DNA from: Azolla caroliniana
Taxonomy: Eukaryota; Plantae; Polypodiophyta
Length of the DNA: 13,173 nt
Assembly: GCA_043228905.1 (NCBI GenBank)
Contig: JBHGNT010000988.1
Location: forward strand, 1-13,173
Reading direction: 5' to 3'
Part shown: in pieces, positions 1 to 7,159 of the stretch
Numbering within the stretch: the first letter of the stretch is position 1
Layout of the letters: every line of letters begins with the position of its first letter
Made by a program: the position numbers and the translations under genes
Notes under the pieces: model-generated
Told to the model about the DNA's origin: nothing
Databases searched by the model: none
What the model saw: the letters and a program-made list of their open reading frames with translations, nothing else

Positions 1-821
1 CAACAACTATCACACCACATGCATCGGGGTCGGAATGGTTCCCTTGACCTCAAAGTTTGACCATTCTCAAGCTTTGCCACTTTAATTGTTAGATCTTTCA
101 TACTTTGAACTAAGTCATCAAGAAAAGACTCACTCTTAGTTCTGATCATTTCGCGTGGTTGATGCACCATTTCGCGTTATGGTTATCGACCATGTCTTTG
201 AACTTTGATGTTTTGATCAAGCCGATTCATGATTCCCACACGTGGTATTTGTAGCATTACACCATTCCTTTGCATTCTTTTCATAAATTTATTACAAGCA
301 TTTGTTACCTCATTCCAATCTGTCGTTATACCATCCTTGGTAACTGTCTGCAAAAATAAAGCAACCTTTTGCCAAGACAAAGAATTTCTTTCTTCTGGCT
401 TTAAGTGTCCATACATCCTATCAAATTCTTTTTTTGTGTTGGCCACAGATAACCCTTTATCTTCTTTTAAGATCCATTCATGAAATGAACGCATAGTAAC
501 TCGAGAGAAATCTTCACAAGAATATTCAGACACAAGAGCTTCTTTGAATGCATTCCAATCCAAACTATGCAATGCTTGTATTTCACGAATTCTATCTCTT
601 AATTCCATTTCCACTAATTTATAAAAGTTTGTTATCATATTGACATCATTCACACCATACATTTCCATTTCATCATAATATATACTGACATACTTTGAGA
701 TATTTGTGCCATCAAACACACCAATTTTCTCTCGGATTTCTAGTAAGGCATGAAATAATTGAGCTTGATTCAATTTTTCAATAAACAACCTTACCGGATC
801 CATTGTACTCATACTTGCCAT
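1..821 (-). pseudogene. gag: Gag of element A, with two premature stops
   Basis: ORF 183-821 (FDGTNISKY...DWNAFKEALVSEY) continues in frame past TAA at 183-185 and 177-179 into REMVHQPREMIRTKSESFLDDLVQSMKDLTIKVAKLE...RCMWCDSC, a coiled-coil-like stretch then the CX2C start of a knuckle. Confidence 0.8.
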
Positions 822-865
822 GTTGATGTTGATCTTTGCTTTAGACGTCTCTTCTACTTCCTCGT

Positions 866-883
866 TTCACGTCGGGTTCAACA
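866..883 (-). other. Primer binding site complementary to tRNA-Trp(CCA)
   Basis: Plus strand TTCACGTCGGGTTCAACA matches the plant cytosolic tRNA-Trp 3' end TTCACGTCGGGTTCACCA (recalled sequence) at 17/18. It lies 5 nt inside the LTR end and 45 nt upstream of the gag ATG. Confidence 0.85.
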
Positions 884-1386
884 AATTGTGTCGTGGCGTG
901 GCTCGCCTAGAAGCGTACCGTTGCGTAGACAAAAGATATCGTGAAAGTGAGGAAGGAATCAATGGGATTATGGACGGAAGAGACGAAAGAGTAGAGATAG
1001 AGTTAATAGAGATCAACAAGATATGACAAGATGGGATATAGAATGATATTTGAAGGAATGAAAGAAACTTATAATTATTTGATGAATGAGTTACAAAATG
1101 ATTGTGAACATCGTTGAACCTTCGAGCTTTGTCTCACAAGGTAATCACTCTTCTCTTTCTTGATGGTAGACCATAGTCTTCCCTTCAATCTCTCGATAAG
1201 TATAAGATTCGAACCGCCGCCCTTCTGTTGCGAGTTCAGGACCACCACCACCAAGCTAGTTGTTCTTTTTCTCTTTTAAGAATACCTTTCTCTCTCTCTT
1301 TCTCTATTATAATATATCTTTCTCTAGATCCAATATAATCATTTCCATTTTATTTCTTGCCTCCCTTTGTCTATACTTCCTTCTCC

Positions 1387-1393
1387 TTTTATA
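1387..1393 (-). promoter_or_regulatory. Putative TATA box of LTR A
   Basis: CTATAAAAGG on the minus strand in mid-LTR, followed by a GA-rich tract and preceded by an E-box cluster. Confidence 0.6.
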
Positions 1394-1407
1394 GGGAAGA
1401 GATGGTT

Positions 1408-1475
1408 CTACATGTGGGCCATGTGGCGCACATGCAGAGAGGCTCTTGCATGTGTGCTATATGGTGCACATGTAG
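1408..1475. repeat. Imperfect palindrome with clustered CACATG/CATGTG motifs
   Basis: Arms 1408-1436 and 1447-1475 pair at 24/29 positions, with a 10-nt spacer. Confidence 0.85.
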
Positions 1476-1542
1476 CACGTTTGATGGTTTAAACCATATA
1501 ATACTTATTAAAATGAAAACAAGACATATACTTATATACATT

Positions 1543-1615
1543 ATAAGTATAGGCTAAATGGTACGGTGTGAGTGCCATAAGGTTGAGGTTGTTTGTTCAA
1601 GTTCTCGTTTGCCCA
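1543..1615 (+). pseudogene. tRNA-Met(CAT)-like module, copy 1, inside LTR A
   Basis: With T8=1550: A14, G18G19, A21, anticodon CAT at 1576-1578, A37 and G53-T-T-C-A-A at 1595-1600 all fall at canonical tRNA spacing. Stems do not pair. Confidence 0.65.
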
Positions 1616-1693
1616 TGTAATTTTGTGCATGTATTATATTACATGGTCTAGACTATAAAATACTACTTCAAATCATATATTATTTTGCAAATT

Positions 1694-1766
1694 ATTAGTA
1701 TAGGCTAAATGGTAACCTTTGAGTGTCATAAGGTAGGGTTTATTAGTTCAAGTCCTCTCTTGCCCA
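1694..1766 (+). pseudogene. tRNA-Met(CAT)-like module, copy 2, inside LTR A
   Basis: Ungapped diverged repeat of copy 1 at +151 bp. TAGGCTAAATGG (A-box-like) 1701-1712, T-CAT-AA 1726-1731, GTTCAAGTCC (B-box-like) 1746-1755. Confidence 0.65.
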
Positions 1767-1918
1767 TGTAATATAATAGATATATATATTTTTGTATCTA
1801 CATATAATGTATAATATTATCATAGTATGCTATTAACATTATAAAGGTTTATTTTATTTTCATTACGTATTTATCTTATTGTAGGCTTTTAGTGTGAAGC
1901 TTTCGTACTTCACGACAA

Positions 1919-1933
1919 CGCCCCCTCAAGCTC
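1919..1933 (-). other. Polypurine tract region of element B
   Basis: GAGCTTGAGGGGGCG on the minus strand, homologous to GAGCTTGAGGGGGAA preceding the LTR of element D. Confidence 0.75.
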
Positions 1934-2077
1934 AAGTATGAGGCGTCCGACATCCGCTTTGACTTTCGTCGGTTTTGTGTGCTTCCGTCCAGCCTTTGGC
2001 TTTCTTCGTCATGGCAATCTCGGTTCCTCCCCCTAAAGCCGGTGACGAAGGCTTGTAGTGTGTGGGTGAAGGTCGAC

Positions 2078-3320
2078 TACTTCCACCCATCGTGGGTTAC
2101 GAGCCGCTTCGGTGGAGCTCTTGGGCTCTTGTTCGGCTGCTCCCTTCATCGCGAAGGTATAGTGATGGGCCATATACTTGTTGTAGCCGAGCCGAGTGAT
2201 GGGGTTCTTTGTTCTAGTTGAGCGTCAAAGTTTTTCGCTCGCCGGTGTGAGCGCCTTCTTTGCTCCGGGTGTCCGCATGATGGGTACACCGAACTCAGTG
2301 TCTAGTGAGGGAGCCGACACTTCCAAATCACTGTCGTTGGGGTGATCGACTTCGTATTCCGGCATCTTACCTTTGCCTTTGTCCAAGTTCGTACTTAGCC
2401 GCGACCGGCTTGGGTCGCGTGGGGGCTCTTGTGGCCCACTAGGCTTTTCCGTAATCGGACTTTCTTCGAATATGTGTTCGAAGCGATCTCCATCTTCTAC
2501 CTCTTGTTTGATGGATTCCGGGTCGAGCGGAGTCGGAGTCGAAGTTGTCTCTGATGCATACCAGGATGCGGACTCGTCGAAGACTACGTCTCGACTTACC
2601 CGAACTGCTCGGGTAGAAGGGTTGTAGCACTTGTATGCCTTCTTCTCGGATGAGTATCCTATGAGGATACATTCCTCCGACTTCGTGTTGGGCTTCTGTC
2701 GGCTTTCGTTCAGGATGCGTACATTTACAATGCTTCCGAACACCTTGAGGTGTGATAGGATCGGCTTCCTTCTGACGAGGAGCTCGTATGGAGTTAGATC
2801 ATGCACTCCATTAGTGATGCATTGATTCATGAGATAGACGGCCGTGGATGCCGCATCGACCCAATAGAAGTTCGGCATGTGCTTCTCATGCATCATGGTG
2901 CATGCTACCTCGAGTATTTGCCGATTCTTCCTTTCGGCTACTCCATTTTGTTGGGGTGTGTGTCGGCATGAGAATTCTCTACAAATGCCTTCACTTTGGA
3001 GGTAGGAGGTGAATTCTTCAGAGAAGTACTCCTTGCCTCCATCCGATTGTAGGCATCGAATGTGCCGACCGGTTTCTTTTTCGACTTGGCCCTTGAGCTT
3101 TTGGAAGTGGGAGAGCACTTCGCTTTTCTTCCTCATCGGGTAGATCCACGCGTACCATGAGTAGTCATCGATGAAGGTTAGGTAGTATAGGCATCCGTTG
3201 GCCGTCGGCATTTGAGCCGATCCCCATACATCTGAGTGTATGACGTCGAGCAGGCCTTTGCTTGCGGAGCTCTCCTTCGGGAATGGGAGTCGATGTTGTT
3301 TGCCGAGTTGGCACGCTTCG
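2078..3320 (-). pseudogene. pol: Copia integrase (rve core, SH3-like domain) and INT-RT linker of element B
   Basis: EACQLGKQHRLPF...HSDVWG...FIDDYS...SDGGKEY...TPQQNGVAERKNR...CILIGYS...VSRDVVFDE. It continues past TGA 2225-2227 to YMAHHY...EP...RWVE, where RT and RNase H are deleted. Confidence 0.93.
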
Positions 3321-3777
3321 TATTAGAGACATGAACTAATGTAAGAATTAGATAAGGATAGAATATAGATAAATAGATAGAAAGGAGAGAGAGAAAGAAG
3401 GGTGCCGATCCCCCCGACCACCCCCAAGCGAAGGGATCGAGACGGACTCGAGCCTCGATCGGCCTCCCATGCCACCGCCATGGCTTCGAGTTGTACCTGG
3501 TGCTAGCGCGCTCGCTAGAAGAGTTGACCCATCACAAGACAGAGTCTCGACGTAGTCAATAAGATGATCAAATGAGGGTAGCTAGGCCTCTTATTTATAG
3601 CGATACCCAAGGCCCCCAAGCAAGTTCACACTTGGCCTAATGGGTTGTCTCAATCCCGAGGATTAAAAGTAATCCTCCCCTTCTTTACACTCTCGTTTAA
3701 CCCTCACACTTATCCATGTGTATAGAATACTACGGTAAAGTCTCACCATGGGATATTATATGGTCATGCTTGTAACA
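3321..3777 (-). repeat. 3' LTR of element C (457 bp)
   Basis: Starts TGTTACA 2 nt after the PPT and ends TAATA (TAACA mutated) exactly where copia integrase coding resumes. TATAAATA at 3592-3599. Confidence 0.8.
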
Positions 3778-4340
3778 TACTCCCCCTCTTTAAAACATTG
3801 CACTCTTGTAATGCAAAGTTAGGTAAGTTAGTTCTGAGAGAATTTTCGCGTTCCCATGTGGCATCTTTTATTGATTTATCCATCCATTTTATTTTAAATT
3901 ATCAGATTTCTTTAGTACGTAATTTTTTTGTTTTAACATCGAGAATTCTTTCTGGTACATGTGGTTTAGAAGATAATTCTTCAAAAGTAACCAGAGTTTC
4001 AGTTGTAACTGTATTGTCGCCAAAACCTAGAAGTTCTTTTAGACGACTCACATGAAAAACTGGATGAATTTCAACACCATCGGGAAGAGCGAGACAATAG
4101 GCGGATGACCCAATGCGTTTGAGGATTGTAAAAGGTCCACAAAACCGTGGGGCTAACTTAGCGCACTTACCCTTAGACAATGTCTTAGAATTGTGAGGTA
4201 CACGTAAAAATACCTTCTGTCCAGGGTTGAATACACGAGGTTGCCTATGATGGTCAGCATAAAAACGCGCTCTATCTTGAGCAGTTTTTATATTATCTCG
4301 TGCAATATGTGCAACATATCTTGCATATCTCGAAGAAAGT
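3764..4340 (-). pseudogene. pol: Integrase C-terminus with GPF motif and chromodomain (element C)
   Basis: AQDRARFYADHHR...KLAPRFCGPF...HPVFHVSRLK...PERILD...**FKIKWMD...DATWE. The frame runs through the PPT and stops inside the LTR at 3764-3766. Confidence 0.9.
3780..3790 (-). other. Polypurine tract of element C
   Basis: AAGAGGGGGAG-TA-TGTTACA on the minus strand. Confidence 0.85.
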
Positions 4341-4491
4341 TTGTGATGTCGGGCTTGTTTTTGAGTGCGCCGTTAATGTAGCTCCAATACCCTTGGCCGA
4401 CGAGGTATTGGGTCATCTTGTAGTCCCAAGATGAATAATTCCTCTGGTCTAGCTTTTCACTAGGGAGCGAGCTACCCATTTGTGTGTTCAT
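4340..4491 (-). pseudogene. gag: Copia gag N-terminus (probably element B), truncated
   Basis: MGSSLPSEKLDQRNYSSWDYKMTQYLVGQGYWSYING is homologous to the element F gag start MASSLPVEKLVRSNYASWSYKMHQYLLGHGYWSYVDG. Confidence 0.88.
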
Positions 4492-4646
4492 GTTGACTGG
4501 TGTCTTCTCTTTTTGCTTTTCTTCCTCCGATCACGTATACGTGTTGCATAGCGGCACTACGGTAGTCGATAGCCGGATTTTGTCGTCGGCGTCTCGAACA
4601 CACAATCACGGAGTCGGGTGGGCTTAGTGGATTTTCTAAACCACAC

Positions 4647-4658
4647 GCTCTGATTCCA
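4647..4658 (-). other. tRNA-iMet primer binding site (element B)
   Basis: TGGAATCAGAGC, one mismatch from the canonical TGGTATCAGAGC, abutting the LTR CA end. Confidence 0.88.
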
Positions 4659-5021
4659 TGTTAAGAATTAGGTAAGTAATTAAGAAAGGGTTAATTAGTA
4701 CCTAATTATGTGATAAGTTGATAAGCAGAAGATTAAGTGATATGTGTGTGTATGTGTGTGAGAGGAAGACAGAGAGAGAGGAAGTTAACACTTATGAAGA
4801 ACACAAGCTGGGGGATGAGTAACTATATTAAATTAGCATTATCATCATTGAATACAAAAATACCCACAATGAGGTATATATACATCTCATGTGTAAAGGT
4901 GCACATGTGTGAGTTGAATATAGGTACTAAGGTGTAAGTCCTATATTAAATGTACTTAGGAGTGGAGGATCTAGAATATCCCACTTAAGTACAAGGTCCT
5001 ATTAAGGTGTTATAGTCAACA
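4659..5021 (-). repeat. 5' LTR of element B (right boundary tentative)
   Basis: TGTT (4659) ... AACA (5021). The minus-strand start TGTTGA matches the family LTR start, and TATATATA lies near 4875-4882. 5022-5087 is unassigned. Confidence 0.65.
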
Positions 5022-5087
5022 CTTCTAACTAGATTCTATCTAGGTAACCACAAAGTTACATGGTTGACTAACTAACTAAACTAAGTT

Positions 5088-5855
5088 GAGCTTGATCTCT
5101 CAGCAAAGTGGAACTGGTGTATGTTTCGACGAATCGGCAGGTGGCCAATATCTTCACCAAACCCCTCAGCTTAGACAAGTTGTGGCAATTTTCTGGTACA
5201 CTGGGTGTGCAATACCTCGATATGCCAAACTTGAGGGGGAGGAATGAAAGGAGGAATGAGGAAGATGACCGAAAAGCCGAGTCGGAAACTGATTTCGATT
5301 TCGACCCGACTGAAGAAGTTGGAGTGCACGAGACGGTTGAAGAAGCCGAGACCAGATGTAGGGGGAGTCACCGGAACGGAGAGCCCAAGCTGAAGCTAAC
5401 CAAAAAAGGGGGAGGCAAAGCCGGGAAGACCAAGACATGGACATGGTCCGATGTTGTGAAGGGACTGAAGATTGAGGACGAATTGGAGATAGCCAATTCG
5501 GACAAGAGCTGGAACGAATCGGAGTTACCCAATTCGGAAGCGATGCTTGATTCGGAGGAGCTAGATCAACTGAAGGCCGAACGGACAAGGAGGCAGCGGA
5601 AGTCGACACAGACACGGAGGAACTGACGGGTGAAGACACACCGGAGTCGCAACATCGAAGGAGCTGAGAAGGGCATTTTGATTAGTCAAGGCGACCGAGA
5701 AGGTCGAGGAGTGTGGAACCGAATGGGTTTAGGAAAGCAGAACCGGATCGCGAGCCAGGCAGGAGGATGCTAGGTGGAGCTGGAGGAGAGGACCGTCTAC
5801 CACAGACACATACACTGCAATTCGACCTCAAGTTGAGCTTGAGGGGGAATGTTGA
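5088..5855 (+). pseudogene. pol: RNase H C-terminus plus charged Pol extension (element D)
   Basis: VELVYVSTNRQVANIFTKPL...NLRGR, then a tail with TWSDVVKGL...NSDKSWNESE. After a TGA and one frameshift it ends IRPQVELEGEC*. Confidence 0.85.
5841..5849 (+). other. Polypurine tract of element D
   Basis: GAGGGGGAA immediately before TGTTGAG. Confidence 0.85.
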
Positions 5856-6278
5856 GTGGACAAGCTCAACCGGATCCAGATCGGCTGAACAAGTCAGAGC
5901 CAGATCGGAGTCTGGAACAAAGAACCAGATTGGTTTCCAGATGGTATCCGGAACAAGGAGCCGGATTGGAACCGGTTGGCCGTTAGAGGCCTACGAATCT
6001 AGCCAAGTATGTAGGCATATTTTTAGGAGTCAATGTCAGTCGCTCATATGATCATTGAAGTACTTGTCAATACTTTTAAGGACTTGTATAAAAGTGCTCA
6101 CTGAGCACATTGTATGTACAGAGCATTATTATTTTGAATTGAGTTTATGTTGTTCTGCTCTCTCTGTCTCTCCTGCTCTCTATCTCTGTGATTCAAGCTT
6201 CCATTAAACCTTGTCTCTGTTTTTTGTTGCTATCTGGATAAACCAATTTGTCAAAGCTTCTACATATTAACTTTTATA
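5850..6278 (+). repeat. 3' LTR of element D (~429 bp)
   Basis: Start TGTTGAGTGGACAAGCTCAACCGGATCC aligns to the F LTR start. TATAAAA at 6087-6093, CT-rich U5, and end TTTTATA aligning to the F end GTTTACA. Confidence 0.82.
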
Positions 6279-6891
6279 GATACCAGCCCACCTCGGGGGG
6301 TACTAGAGGATTCAGAAATAGTCACAATGTCGTACTCATATTCGAGATACAACGAGGAAGACGACGTGGAGGCACACGTCTACGCTTTCCTCACAATGTG
6401 GCAAGCTAAGCATATGTCCCAACGCTTGGCTGCAACGATGCGTTAACATAAAAAATCGCCGAGTTCAGCTTGTCACTCATAGGAGAAGCAACGAACTGGT
6501 ACTCCCAACATGACTTGGGAGAGTTCCCGTCATTTCAAGAGCTTCAGGATAGATTTATTTAGCTCTTCCATCAATAGATCCCCAAGCGGGAACTAATGAG
6601 CTAGTTCAACACCATGTCCCAGGAACCTCAAGAATTGGTTCCATAGTTCATCATTAGGTTTCAGAACTTACGATGGAAGTTGGCACGACAAATCCCGGTA
6701 GACTAACTAAAGGATGCATTTCTCATAGCTCTCTAAGAGTCACTCCAGACAACCTTGGCGTTGCTCGACTTTTCACGAAACTCGATCTAGTAGGTCATCG
6801 ATCATGTCTTAACCATGGACAACGTCCAAAACAGTAACAACCTCTCGTTGTCCTCACTACAACACGCCTTGCCGAAAGAAGAAGACTTTTG
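6279..6891 (+). pseudogene. gag: Element E: Ty3/gypsy gag (Retrotrans_gag-like capsid region), 5' half
   Basis: Manual translation gives DDVEAHVYAF...KIAEFSLSLIGEATNWYSQ...PSFQELQDRFI*LF...MSQEPQELVP*FIIRFQNL, with a frameshift and 8 in-frame stops. It is absent from the ORF track. Confidence 0.82.
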
Positions 6892-7159
6892 TGTAAACGA
6901 AGCTGCGGTGTACATACAACGTGCTCAACAACACTATTTATACAAGTCCTAAGAGGATTGACAAAAGTACGGTGTACTTCAATCCTCACACGAGCGTCTG
7001 ACACTAACTACGAGACATTAACTACTTGGTAATCTAGGCTGCTACTAAGCTTTTGGTTACTGTTGGATCCGGCTAACCGGCTCCCTAGCTCACCGGCTCA
7101 CCGATCCGGCTCATTCTTCTGGATGCCGATCCGGATCCGGTTGAGCTTGCCGCTCAACA
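6892..7159 (-). repeat. 3' LTR of element F (268 bp, three deletions)
   Basis: Direct repeat of 12154-12615 lacking segments of 154, 16 and 24 bp. TATAAATA at 6935-6942. Confidence 0.95.

Larger units (their letters stand above)
1..1917 (-). mobile_element. Element A: 5' portion of a Ty3/gypsy-type LTR retrotransposon (5' LTR, PBS, gag), running off the left edge
   Basis: On the minus strand a TG..CA-bounded LTR is followed by a tRNA-complementary PBS and then a gag-like ORF with the start of a zinc knuckle. pol is outside the window, so the superfamily call rests on gag character. Confidence 0.8.
889..1917 (-). repeat. 5' LTR of element A (1029 bp)
   Basis: Perfect 7-bp terminal inverted repeat TGTCGTG (889-895) ... 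CACGACA (1911-1917), adjacent PBS and internal TATA box. The partner LTR is not in the window. Confidence 0.75.
1918..3320 (-). mobile_element. Element B, 3' piece: internally deleted Ty1/copia (integrase, linker, short tail, PPT)
   Basis: Copia integrase motifs. Ends in TTGAGCTTGAGGGGG, the same PPT context as elements D and F. Confidence 0.9.
3321..4340 (-). mobile_element. Element C: 3' end of a Ty3/gypsy chromovirus
   Basis: GPY/F motif, chromodomain, PPT and 3' LTR in the correct order. It interrupts the HHCC finger of B's integrase. Confidence 0.9.
5088..6278 (+). mobile_element. Element D: 3' fragment of a Ty1/copia related to element F
   Basis: RNase H end, tail, PPT and LTR are all homologous to element F, in the opposite orientation. 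Confidence 0.9.

Noticed and set aside
891-909. GGCGAGCCA resembling an animal tRNA-Arg PBS, and TATCGTGAA at 937 as an alternative LTR end
   Set aside because: The match is gapped and lacks TGG. The Trp PBS with the perfect TGTCGTG end at 889 fits far better.
1357-1557. Small ORFs within LTRs (also 820-1026 and 4737-4937) and 12923-13165
   Set aside because: They are short and low-complexity with no domain motifs, as expected by chance.
1543-1766. Functional tRNA-Met genes
   Set aside because: Acceptor, anticodon and T stems do not base-pair; only promoter and loop positions persist.
4288-4491. ORF fusing copia gag to gypsy integrase sequence as a novel chimeric protein
   Set aside because: It is a 67-codon by-product of a deletion junction and frameshifts to a stop shortly after the junction.
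5868-5982. Short CCGG/GGATC-rich repeats in copia LTRs as a CRISPR-like array
   Set aside because: These are irregular degenerate U3 sub-repeats with no unique spacers, in a eukaryotic retroelement context.
5713-6051. 112-aa ORF crossing the PPT and LTR of D
   Set aside because: It is off-frame relative to the conserved tail frame and has no intact equivalent in F.
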